Below are positions 39,772 through 52,676 of a stretch of 64,000 nt of DNA, piece by piece. A program made the position numbers and the translations under genes. Every line of letters starts with the position of its first letter. Position 1 is the stretch's first letter. This DNA comes from Tubulanus polymorphus (lineage: Eukaryota > Animalia > Nemertea). The notes below the pieces were generated by a model. That model searched no databases. It saw only the letters and a list, made by a program, of their open reading frames with translations, and was not told the origin of the DNA. The stretch is from assembly GCF_964204645.1 (NCBI RefSeq), contig NC_134025.1:26764299-26828298 (forward strand), written 5' to 3'.

Positions 39772-42700
39772 TCAATGTCGATCGATCGTATTGAAAAACC
39801 ATTCAGTAAATTTTCTAAGCTGCGCAGCCGCAGTTTGAGATTCCTCTAATAACCGTGCGTTGTCTTTGTGCAATTGATCAACCTCTTCTTGTATCGTCAG
39901 TCGAGCTCTTCGCTCCTGATATATGAATAAATAAAACAAAATTTCGTAATTTCATTCGATCAAGACTTCTGCAATTTTAAAATCTTTATGATTAGCAAAT
40001 GAAAACCTACCCTCATTAGTTCAGCTTGTAATTGTAGAATTTGTTTTTCAAGGTCGAGAATCTTTTTACTTTTTCCACTCGTTTCTCTGAAAAATTGTGA
40101 TTCGTTTTTCATCAGAAAAATATCATGATTAAGAAATCGTAAGATAACAAATGATGTTCAAAATCGGGTATCAACCTGTGAGATGAGGCTGACAATCGTT
40201 CGGTTACTGACTGATCTTGTAGATTGCCCTCTATTGGTGATTCACTCAGTCCATTAGCCTCTTCGACATCGACTGCTGGTAAAGAAATTGAAAATGAAAA
40301 GTATGATTGGCATTTCATGATCATAGATGAGAAATTGATAAATCGATAAATTACCTACCATCTAAGACCTTTGTGGCTGTATCGACCAAGGACGACCATT
40401 CCATATCTTGGGGAGGTGGAGTAGGTGCTGGTAGGGCCAAACTAGGACTGCTTCCGCTGTTCGATTGTCGTGATTTCAACATGGACGGAGTACCGCTGGT
40501 AGCTCTCGGAGACAGGCGATCGCGACGCGCTTTCACAGTCGGCGGGGTCATATTCGGTTTTACGGGTGTCGATCGCGGACTATTTCGAAGTTTACTGTTC
40601 GAGCCGCAAATACTTTCATCGGATAACGTTCGCTGTAACCTCGATTTAAATTCACCTCGCTGAAAAGAAATTTCATTGATAATTCGAAAATGATTCGTGC
40701 TTTGGTGATAAGTTAAGTTAAATGTTTTCAAAGGTTTCTGCCTGCTCACATTTGAGGTTGAATTCAAATCCAAATTAAAATCGCCACCGATAAGTTGCAT
40801 AAGCTCTTCCTGAAAGCTACGCTCTTTCAGCGCTTCGGTTGGTTTTATGTTAGTATGAAGAGACATGCCGTGTGTTGAATGCCTGAAAACATGAGATATC
40901 CCGAAATAAATCATGGGATTTCCGTAATCAAATCACGAGAAGTATATAAGACGTACCTATGGTGAGGACTGTCTTTTCCGGGAGATCGCGCTCTCCTCGG
41001 TCGCACATTTTTGAACTGGGGAGACAGATACTTCTGTTGCTGTCTACGCTCTTTCTCGCGATCTAAAAATAATAATCATATTCTATACTCGTTGAAATAC
41101 AGAGCATTCATATCTAAAACTGTCGACAGTATCAATTGTAATTACCTGACATAACTGGTTTATTCAGCGCAAACTGAGATGTTTCTGGCGGATAATCACG
41201 TTTTGGTAGAACTGGTGCTGGTTGAGATGACTCACTCGAAGCATCGCTTAACTGACTCAGGTTAGAACTACTTGTCGATTGGTTGACGGCCATATTTCTG
41301 ACCTTTGACCTGTGATACGAAGGCAGTGGAGTGTCAAGGTCGCCGTCATGGTTTTGTCCCTGATTTAGACGTCTTCTGCTATTAGAGCGTTCATGATATC
41401 TATCAGTCATATCTTCAGTCGCTGATGTAGGGAATTTTTCTTTGCTTCCATTAGGAGTACGCGGAGAGTCTAAAATGGAATCAGTAGTTAAACGCCTTTA
41501 CTGGTACGTTTGATGCTAGCACAGATAAACATTCTAGACACACTTACTTTTAGTCGATAAAGGTAAGTCATCGGTTGGAATCGTTTGTAAATGCTCATCT
41601 TTTAAACCACTTTTCATTGCGTTCACATCGGCGTAATTTTCATGCGAGACTTTCTGCGACGATTTCTGAATGGTTGATGTTTCGTTGACTAGAGATTGAA
41701 TATCGACGTAATCTTTGAACATAGACTGACGTGACGGTGTTTTACTGTTACTGGGTGTGTATTTTGATGATATTTCCATGTGAGACGGAGGAGTAGGACT
41801 GCTACGCGGTGACATTTTAACAGCTTCAAGTCTGAAACGATAAGATGACCGATCACAGAGTTTAGTGTTAAGTAGGTTTAAATGAAATTGAAGAGATCCA
41901 CCACTAGGTTTACCTTGAAACGAGGAGACTGTGCAGACCATGACTGCCGGTATAATCGGGAGCTGTAAGAATTGTATGTCGAGGATCCTCACAACCTCTG
42001 TAAATCAATTCGTATCATAATAGAAAAGCCACATTCAGACGTGGAAAATAGATAATAAGATTAAAACCCACTATTTACTAATTTCAAAGTATATATATGA
42101 AATTTCTTTATCAAGAATCAAAATCAAACATTAAAAGACACATTTCTGACTTGTTCTAGAGACTCTCTAGAAAGAGTCTGATATGTTGGGTCTTTTAATC
42201 TTAGATTCAAATTTGTGATGAATAAATTTGTATATAGTAGGTTTTAATATTATAATCAGAAAGGTATGCACTTGAAATAAGGTAATCACTTGATGATTAC
42301 TCCAAAGGATAAACAAGCTATTCATATTCACTCAAAATTTCTATTTCAATAATGATCTTACTTTCGTGGACTTCCATCTTCCAAGGGTGGAATAACGACG
42401 ACTTTCACGGTCATCGACGTCCTCAATAGATCAATCATCTGATCATGTGTTAATGTTGCTGTTGCCACCTTACAAATATCGACAAGTCGGCTATTCTGTC
42501 GGAGTCCAGCTTGCCACGCCAGACCGTTAAGCTCCACGTCAGTGACGAGACCCTCTTGTTGTATATTGAATCCGAGTTGACCGTCGTTATTTCGCTTCAA
42601 TGTCATTTCAGAGCTCTGGTAAAATGATAATTTTTCAAGATTGAATTCAAATCTCATTCAAGTGAATGCACAATACCAATAAATTATCTAAAATCCAATT

Positions 42701-45700
42701 TTCGTGTACCTCACATCCTTGAGTTAATATCGACAAACGTTGGACTATTTCCTGAATTTCATCGCCGTCGTTGAATCGAGTTTTAAATGCGATACATTCG
42801 CTGTGGTTGTAGTAAAGTCGTAAACTATTGAAACAATTATAAAATGCACTTGAAATATTGGACCGTCAAAACTGTTTAGAATTTCGAGAAGAAAAACGCC
42901 TACCCATTGAAATTGATTGTCCATCCTAATATACACTTGCAAGGAACAGTAAACACAACATTCTTAGATTGCTCTTCTATCAACAGTAAAACGTCTTCAC
43001 CCAACGCCAGAAAACAGTCTAACTGATTTGACTGACTGAAGTTTTCCACCTGAACTTGCCACACAATGGCACCATGAGCATTTACATCAGGAACAAGTTT
43101 TTGACGGTTTTTATCTCTTTTTCGTCCACTCCCGAGACCAAATTTGCCTAGAAATAATTGGAACATTGGAAAAGTATATCAATGACAAATACTACAGGAG
43201 AGGCTTACTGCAGCCCTTTAGTTACAAAACACGAGGAAGAAATTATTTCTTTTGTGTACCTAATTTCGAGCTTGATGCTTCTATGGTTACAGTGGAACTG
43301 TAATTGACGGCAAGATCTTTCAAGTATTCCTGTCTCGTACGAGTTGCCATGGCAACAAAACGATCTGATTTGTGGACAGCATTCTCACCATTTATAACTA
43401 CAAAATAACAGATGAAAAAAGTGAAAATATATCATATGATTGGTACATACTTAAGGAGTGTGGCGAAATAAATCTATTTATACATAGACTCTCTTAAGAT
43501 TTTAAAATTTGGATGAAACTGAAATGCATTTAATCAAAATACACATACTTTTTGCGAGGAGAAAATGTAGGAATTCCTTCGATTTTGTAAAGGTTGCACC
43601 TTCAGGAAGGCTTGGACCAAATAACGGAACATCTTTGGAACGAGAAACTGATACCCTACAAGACCACAACAAAAATTCATCAAAAATTAATCATCATAAA
43701 AGTATCGATGATTTTTGAGATAACATGTGTAAGAGCTCGTAAGAGAAGCTAATCACTCATCTAGTCAGTACATACCTGTATTTAACATTAGTCGTGTTTG
43801 GATTAATGGCTTGAATAACAATAAATACGTGTTGGAAGTGAGATCGGATACTTTTGGGCGTGAATGGCAATGATCCCGGCTCTTGGAAAACAATTGTGAC
43901 GATGTCATTACCGATGTGTCGTTTCCGTAGCAACTGAAAAATAACCGCCAGTCACAGCTAGAAATCGTAGTTGAATACTACAATAAACACTGAATTCAAA
44001 TTATACCTGTTGTTTATTATTTGGAGTGTACGGCAGCATAGTTGATATGTGAAACATTATCTCATAGTCCTTAAATGTAGTGAATACTGAATGATTGCCT
44101 GTGGAATCAGCTGAAAAACAATTATAATCAATACAAAACACAAATCCATATATAGCACTCGACTTAAACACATTATTACACGCCTATTTGTTTGAAATGC
44201 AGCCAAAAACGCATACTTTTATTATCCAAACCAGCTCTATATTTGTCGAAACCTTTCAAACGAACTTTTTCTCCAATAAACTCCAGGAACTCATCAAACA
44301 CGGCTGAATGGTATTCATTATTGTACATTTCCTCTTCGGTTGATTGGCCAGCCTTACAATACATCACTCCCACTTTATACGAGGTTGTCAACTGAAAAAT
44401 AAATGTTCCCCGGTAAAGGATTATTCAGAGATTTCAATGGCCTAAAAAGTTACAACATTGCTATCTAATTACCCCTTGTTCATCTAATTTCATCAACTGT
44501 TCGTCAGCTTTTTTATCGGTTGCCGCGAGTCGTAGACACGAAATCTGCAGATCGGGACAGATATATTCGAGAATATCTTTAGCCGGCAATCCGCGATTAC
44601 TGTTCAATTTGGAAGTGGATGGAATCACATCTTCTAGTATCGTACCGCGTAATGTACTCAACTGAAATGTACATAAATTACCATACCTGTATATTGTTTG
44701 AATATAGAAACGAATTGAGGATGAATGATGGACTAACCTCGCTGGTTCGGATGATAATTCTATATTGCGTAGAACTAGAATCTTTCTCGCGACGAATGCT
44801 AACCGCTAATGGACCGAGATGTTCGTCGACGCCGACATAATTTTGGTGATCTGAAACAAAAAGATGACGCCCAAGTCAAAGTCTGTCGAATCGCCCGAAC
44901 AGGCTGACCGATTTCAGGGAACTGTAACTTACCGTACGGAACAAAGAAATTCCTATAATATTTCACACCTTGATCGACGAATTCGATGATGTGACCATGA
45001 TGAAAAGTCAACGACTGACCGGTGTATCCGTTCAGTGCCGGCGATACTTCCAGAATTGATATTCCATTACACATCGATCTGCGACCGCATAATTCGCAGA
45101 TCGGTTTTGTAACGTAAGAATGAGACAGTTTATGCTGTAAAGAATTATGCGATAAACTGATCACACGATCTTCTTCTCCGCCAAATTCGTTGCGAAAAAA
45201 CGGGCAGCTCAACACGAGATTATTACTCTTTCCATCTCCGTCGTCCGATTCATCTAGATTGTTCTCGTCTTGAAGGTCGCCGCTCGAGCCGGACGCCGCT
45301 GAAGCGCCGGTGGCAGTGTTTCTCCTTTTGTACAAAGAGTTCTTCTTTTTTATTATGTCCAAGAAATTTACAGAAATGCTTTGAGTATCGTAGTGTACGA
45401 ATGCTTTGCGTCGTAATTGTTCTTCGAGGCGATATTCTGAATCGATCGAGTCAGCGTTTTTAGAGCTGCCCTCACTTTCGCGACTGTCACTTCGCGAATC
45501 GTTGCTTTTGTTACTTCCACCGCTGCGCAACTTCTTGAATATGGTCGTTCCGCTTCGTTCTTTATTTTGTTTAGAGCCCTTTGATTTAATATCGATATGA
45601 TCGGATTCTACGTTATCCTGATGAAGAAACGCCGACGACTCCGTTGAACTAGTCAAATCTTCCTGAGACCTACGCCCTTCTAAATTACTCGATACGATGT

Positions 45701-46304
45701 TGGCGACTTTCGGATGAATCTGACTCCACTGTACGTGCTGCACGGTACGAGGGGATCGCGGAGGAGGACTCATACCGATCAAATCCAAAGACGAAGCGCT
45801 TCCGAATTCTCGCCTCGCCGGCGACAGAACCTTCGGCGTCTCCTCATGATCGAGTTCTAGACTACTGTTACTTCGATATAACTTTGGTCGTTCTTGGGCG
45901 GGAGGATTATCTACTTTCTTAAACCAGTGATTAATATCTGCTTTATTAGGGACGGAACTGCTGAGATCTGTATCACCGAGGGATGAACACAACGCTAAAG
46001 GTTGATGCCAGTAGGTTGAATTCGTTGTCGTTTGTGGTTCAATCGGAATTGCAGTCGACAAATTTTTCTTCTGACCTTCCAAATCATCTTTTACACCACT
46101 ACTAACTCGACCTGTTTGATCCAACCATCTTTGCGCTGCGTTGACCCTATCTACTTGTTGTTGAAGGAATTCTTTTTGTTGCCGGGATGATCTCCTGTTA
46201 CTGACAACGCTATAACTGGAACGGTAGCCAATGTTACGAATGAAGTTCGGCGGTGGTTCATCTTTGTGTTTCTCCATTCCCCAACCGCATATGATATTGG
46301 ACAT
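39772..46304 (-). CDS. SIPA1L: Signal-induced proliferation-associated 1-like protein (RapGAP + PDZ + C-terminal coiled coil)
   Basis: Large first coding exon (FVHYDTQSI...[12 protein letters not shown]...[11 protein letters not shown]). Rap[25 protein letters not shown] and [18 protein letters not shown]; [17 protein letters not shown]; [10 protein letters not shown]; C-terminus [24 protein letters not shown]. Confidence 0.95.
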
Positions 46305-47005
46305 TACATTACGAATTGCAATTACTCATATATAAGCAGCTTCTATCTGGTTTCCACAGAGTCCTTGAAACTGAAAAAAATGTTTTACGTTACACTTGAA
46401 GAGAAATCTGCACAGGCTGGGGCTGAAGAGTTGTTAGCTAGAGAAGAGTAAACAATCGGATTAAATTTAAAATGTTAATGATGTAGGTTTGATTGTCAGT
46501 ATGCATCAATAGGCTACATCTATTCAGTACTGGTTACCACATTAACCAACTAAATGAGCAATACGCAGAGATATTTATTTGAGTGATGGCAGAAATCATT
46601 TTTACTAAGTAAGCCAAGATCAGTTAGTAAACCAGCACCACTAGTCACTACCAAACTCTTTCTGATGTAGCATTGGCACTGTCACTGTCTACTGTCTATG
46701 TACTTATTATTGTAGTAGTAACAAAGAAGTACAGAGTAGTATAGTAGTACACAACACACGTACCACCAACAGCAACACGTCTACTCTCATCAGTCCAACC
46801 AACCAAGTAGTAGAAGTAACGACGTGACACAAAATCAATGCATAAATTGCATCTTTTTCATTCGATCCGAGTCGACAACATCAACAATAATGATAAACTG
46901 TGAAAATAATTATTCAGAGCTTCTTATTCAAAACAAATTTAGTTGCTTATAGTTACCCTAATATTTCGTAAATACATTTCTCAAAATGTATATCAGGAAG
47001 TGCAG

Positions 47006-50000
47006 GATTGATGTCTGTCTGCAGAGTTTCCAGAACCTGTCATGTCAGGTCTTAAGACCTGACATGACAGGTCAGGTCTGACCTGTCATGTCAGGTCCCG
47101 AAAAAACCCAAACTCATGACAATATTTGACGAAACGGCGAAATATCTAGACATGTGCTAGACGAATGGAAGAACATTTTGAGTTGAATATTCTGACCCGT
47201 CGTTAATATCGAAAATGATTCAACAATAACGATAAGGAAATTGTTCTGACAAATAATTCATTTGAAAGGTTGATTTATAAGAAGAAAATATTTATGTGTA
47301 AACTATGACTTATTTCTGTATTAAAGGGAAAAAAAATAAGTTTATAAGTTTTAATTTAGTAGATGAATTTATTAATGTAGAAGTAAGAGCACATTATTAG
47401 TCTAAGAGAAAATTTTCGCTAGATGAATCGAGGTCTTGATATTTCGTTTCCGCAATAAGACACTGAAAATTATCTGCTCACTATCACAGTTCGGCAATAC
47501 TCCTCACTGTCATCAGTCATGAAGTCTCACTATTTATATTCATTGTCTTTATGATGTACATGTAAAAGAGCCGAATGCAATATAGAAACTGATTTTATTG
47601 AGACTGATTTTAAATCTACTCATCAATTTAAAGCATGAAGTTTTTTTTCAATTTTTTCCAGTTTTAATGCAGACCTGTCACCTCAGGTCCCGAGAAGCTC
47701 TGCAAAATGGCGCGAGCTGCCTTGTGAGGTCTCACTTCATAATTATTGTTTTATAGCAACTTAAGATTAACTCTATCAATGGTTAGCAATTTATATTATA
47801 CTTATTACTATATAAAGGTTATAAAAAGTAAAGTTTTTTCCATTTCATCAGTTTTAGTGCAGACCTGTCACCACAGGTCCCGAGAAGCTCTGCAAAATGG
47901 CGCGAGCTGCCGTGTGAGGTCTCGCTTCAAAATTATTGTTTTATAGTAACTTAAGATTACCTATATCCGTGGTTAGCAATTTATATTATATTCATTGCTA
48001 TAAAGAGACCATAAAAATTAAAGTTTTCCTTCATTTCATCATTTTAAATGCAGACCTGTCACCACAGGTCTCGAGAAGCTCTGCAAAATGGCGCGAGCTG
48101 CCGTGTGAGGTCTCGCTTCAAAATTATTGTTTTATAGTAACTTAAGATTAACTCTATCTATGGTTAGCAATCTATATTATACTCTTTACTATAAAGAGTC
48201 CATAAAAATTAAAGTTTTCCTTCATTTCATCAGTTTTAATGCAGACCTGTCACCACAGGTCCCGAGAAGCTCTGCAAAATGGCGCGAGCTGCCGTGTGAG
48301 GTCTCGCTTCAAAATTATTGTTTTATGGTAACTTAAGATTAACTCTATCTATGGTTAGCAATTTATATTATACTTATTACTATATAAAGGTTATAAAAAG
48401 TAAAGTTTTTTCCATTTCATCAGTTTTAGTGCAGACCTGTCACCACAGGTCCCGAGAAGCTCTGCAAAATGGCGCGAGCTGCCGTGTGAGGTCTCGCTTC
48501 AAAATTATTGTTTTATGGTAACTTAAGATTAACTCTATCTATGGTTAGCAATTTATATTATACTTATTACTATATAAAGGTTATAAAAAGTAAAGTTTTT
48601 TCCATTTCATCAGTTTTAGTGCAGACCTGTCACCACAGGTCCCGAGAAGCTCTGCAAAATGGCGCGCGTTGCCGTGTGAGGTCTCGCTTCAAAATCATTG
48701 TTTTATAGTAACTTAAGATTACCTATATCCATGGTTAGCAATTTATATTATATTCATTACTATAAAGATACCATAAAAAGTGAAGTTTTTTCCATTTCAT
48801 CAGTTTTAATGCAGACCTGTCACCACAGGTCCCGAAGACTCTGCAAAATGGCGCGAGCTGCCGTGTGAGGTCTCGCTTCATAATTATTGTTTTATAGTAA
48901 CTTAAGATTACCTATATCCATGGTTAGCAATTTATATTATATTCATTACTATAAAGATACCATAAAAAGTGAAGTTTTTTCCATTTCATCAGTTTTAATG
49001 CAGACCTGTCACCACAGGTCCCGAAGACTCTGCAAAATGGCGCGAGCTGCCGTGTGAGGTCTCGCTTCAAAATTATTGTTTTATGGTAACTTTAGATTAA
49101 CTCTATCTATGGTTAGCAATTTATATTATACTTATTACTATATAAAGGTTATAAAAAGTAAAGTTTTTTCCATTTCATCAGTTTTAGTGCAGACCTGTCA
49201 CCACAGGTCCCGAGAAGCTCTGCAAAATGACGCGCGTTGCCGTGTGAGGTCTCGCTTCAAAATCATTGTTTTATAGTAACTTAAGATTACCTATATCCAT
49301 GGTTAGCAATTTATATTATATTCATTGCTATAAAGAGACCATAAAAATTAAAGTTTTCCTTCATTTCATCAGTTTTAATACAGACCTGTCACCACAGGTC
49401 TCGACAAGCTCTGCAAAATGGCGCGAGCTGCCGTGTGAGGTCTCGCTTCATAATTATTGTTTTATAGTAACTTTAGATTAACTCTATCTATGGTTAACAA
49501 TTTATATTATATTCATTACTATAAAGAGACCATAAAAATTAAAGTTTTCCTTCATTTCATCAGTTTTAATGCAGACCTGTCACCACAGGTCCCGAAGACT
49601 CTGCAAAATGGCGCGAGCTGCCGTGTGAGGTCTCGCTTCATAATTATTGTTTTATAGTAACTTTAGATTAACTCTATCTATGGTTAGCAATTTATGTTAT
49701 ATTCATTACTATAAAGAGACCATAAAAAGTAAAGTTTTTTTCCATTTCATCAGTTTTAATGCAGACCTGTCACCACAGGTCCCGAGAAGCTCTGCAAAAT
49801 GGCGCGCGTTGCCGTGTGAGGTCTCGCTTCATAATTATTGTTTTATAGTAACTTAAGATTAACTCTATCTATGGTTAGCAATCTATATTATACTCTTTAC
49901 TATAAAGAGACCATAAAAATTAAAGTTTTCCTTCATTTCATCAGTTTTAATGCAGACCTGTCACCACAGGTCCCGAGAAGCTCTGCAAAATGGCGCGAGC

Positions 50001-50644
50001 TGCCGTGTGAGGTCTCGCTTCAAAATTATTGTTTTATAGTAGCTTAAGATTAATTCTATCCATGGTTAGCAATTTATATTATATTCATTGCTATAAAGAG
50101 ACCATAAAAATTATATATAATAAAATTACCATAATATATAATAATATAGGGCCTAATCTTAATGAGTATAATGATTGTTATTAATACTGATTATGATTAC
50201 ATAAGGCACTACTGGTATCATTTTGCCTGATCTTGATATTTTTATGTTTCGTGTTACAAAAAAATAAATTAATTGTAAACAATTCGTTCAATGTTCTCCA
50301 ATAATTCACAATCATTCCATCTTTATTATTATAAGGCGATATAGTTCAACAACTTTTTATAAACGGACAAACATAAATTCTTAAATGAATTCATAACACA
50401 TCATAGTTTGTTTTTTGTTTTTGAATAATATATTCAGAAAGCACTACGATATGTTCTTTGTGTTCTTATCGGCTATCATTTGTTCTAAATCCGCGCCTAT
50501 CATATCTGCTAATCGCCTATCATCGGTTCAGTCATAACGATTTTCATTTTAGCGAATCGACCTGTCACCTGAGGTCCCACCTGTCATGTCAGGTCTTGGG
50601 CCCTGACATGACAGGTTCTGGAAACTCTGCAGACAGACCTAAAT
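47006..50644. mobile_element. Non-autonomous TIR DNA transposon (Mutator/MULE-like, 9-bp TSD) carrying a satellite array
   Basis: Perfect 37-bp inverted repeat gtctgtctgcagagtttccagaacctgtcatgtcagg at 47013-47049 and 50602-50638. Flanking direct repeat gaagtgcag at 46997-47005 and 50645-50653. Subterminal acctgtcatgtcagg motifs at both ends. No transposase ORF. Confidence 0.8.
47640..50110. repeat. Tandem satellite, ~190-bp monomer, ~13 copies
   Basis: Motif cagacctgtcacc(a)caggtc...ctctgcaaaatggcgcg...gtgaggtctc recurs at ~47670, 47860, 48051, 48242, 48432, 48622, 48812, 49001, 49190, 49381, 49572, 49762 and 49953. Confidence 0.97.
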
Positions 50645-51041
50645 GAAGTGCAGTGAAGTGGTAGCCATTTTGTCACGTGACCAAACTCTCGAGCAAAGTG
50701 ATCCGTCCGAAATGAGGGTTCGAATCCCATATTTCGGTTTATTCATCTCTGATTCGAACAGGCTAGCGTCTAATAATGGACACTTTTTATGTCAAATTAA
50801 AAAGCATTTATACGATTTATCAAATTAGAGACAATGAAAAAACACCAAACACTGATTAATTAAAATAAAGTATGCTGCATTTATAACAGTCAATGAAGAA
50901 ATTTACAAGTAATTAGTAATAATTCAATTTACAAGTACATGTAATAAGCAATAATTCTTAGCACACACGAAGTACCCAGTAACCCATATGTACAAAAGTC
51001 CCAGAATCATTTGATTACATCAAATCTTTAAATTCGAACTG

Positions 51042-51796
51042 TCAGCTCAAATTATCATTAGATTCAATATCAGAATCATCATCATCATCATCTACTGTTA
51101 TACATTGTCTATTAACATTTATTACATCTTCCTGATCACTGTCATAATCAGATTCATCACTAGGGGGCAGCATGTCCTGGGGAATCATTTCTTGCTGCTT
51201 GTCATCAACTTTATCATCGAAATTAGCAGGCCTGAAAATATCACGAGTTATCATTCAACGACAGCATCGTTAGTGAGAAAAAGCTTTTGTATTTCATAAG
51301 TTCTCATTACTTACCAGAGACCTTCACTTTTAATATGTTTTATTTGCTCTTTATAAAGAATGGCGATTATTTCAGCTTTTACTTTATCGCCTTCTTCAAT
51401 GGCATCAACCATGACAAAATCACCTGAAAATAGTCAATAAGAACGGAATTAAAATATTCCAATAGGGTCACAGGATTTCTAAGTTTATTTAAGATTTTCT
51501 TATTTAGTAACAAACCTCGTTTAATCCACACATTTTTTCGGAATTTAGTAGGCATGCTGACAAGATACTTTTCACCATTCGGAGTTATTACTTCATGTAG
51601 ATTGTTACCACGTGGAGATACAACCTAAAAAATAAATACATTTTTATCAATGTCGAGTATGGTTTCAAATCTTTTGGTTTCATAAACTACCCATTAAATT
51701 GTGGTGTACCTTCACAATAGACTGGTCATTACGTGGTAATGTAAAATCTTCCAGAACTTCTTTAGCCACATGTTTTCTCTTCGTTGCCTTTGACAT
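51042..51796 (-). CDS. EIF1AD: Probable RNA-binding protein EIF1AD (eIF1A domain)
   Basis: Four exons: [18 protein letters not shown]..|[12 protein letters not shown]...[14 protein letters not shown]|[19 protein letters not shown]...GLW|PANF...[10 protein letters not shown]...INVNR. Confidence 0.95.
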
Positions 51797-52676
51797 GATT
51801 CTTTTTTCTCGTTACTTAAAATATTTTATCCCTGAAAAGAAATGTGTCGATGTCAATACACTTTAATTTGGATTGAATTTGACTGGACGAAGTTATAACA
51901 AAAAAGCGTATTTCCCCCTTATTGAATGGATCTATATCATTTATCGTTCCATCAGATAGTTTGAAATATTGCAAATAACTAACGTTTTAATGAGTTTATT
52001 CTGTATATGTCTTTAAGCAAGTAATAATCCATAAAAATGATTTTCATAAACACATTTATTTTACAAATCGACAAAACTGCCACCTGCCGGATATATCTAA
52101 CTACCACCAACAACCGTCCGGTCGTATGGAAAGTTCCCGGTGTCTGCCGGGACACAACCTCCGACATCATTGGCGATAAACATGTAGATGCTTTCCACCG
52201 GCCAATCCATACTTATATTTGCGGGAAGACCTAGTCACGCCACCATGAGTTAAAAAGTCAAGAGTCATTTCATGATATATCATAATTTCATTTATTTAGT
52301 ACACTTACCAATGCATACATAATGTATTTTCAATTGCATCATTTTTCGGTGGGGAACCTGGCAAGGATTTAGCATTTCGAAAAACAGATTAAGTGATAGT
52401 CTGTAAGCATCGATTTCATAAAAAATTTTGCTAAATTATATAGTTGATCAACTCTGAAAGATTTGCTCACGCAAGAATTATACAATTTCAAATCGGTATC
52501 AATAGTTCTAACTCTTAACTGATTGTCCTATGTAAGAAGATATGTACTAAATCCTTATACAATTAGAATTATCAGTGATTTCAAATATGCAATACAATGA
52601 ATAATGATAAGAATAAATACACACAACATTCATCTACTGACGACATCAAAATTTAGTCCATGTAATATGTAATCGT

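Noticed and set aside
47640-50110. CRISPR array, or repeated small ORFs (MFYSNLRL...) in the ORF track
   Set aside because: Whole 190-bp units repeat with no unique spacers and no cas genes, in a eukaryotic context. The ORFs start at TTG and are by-products of the satellite.
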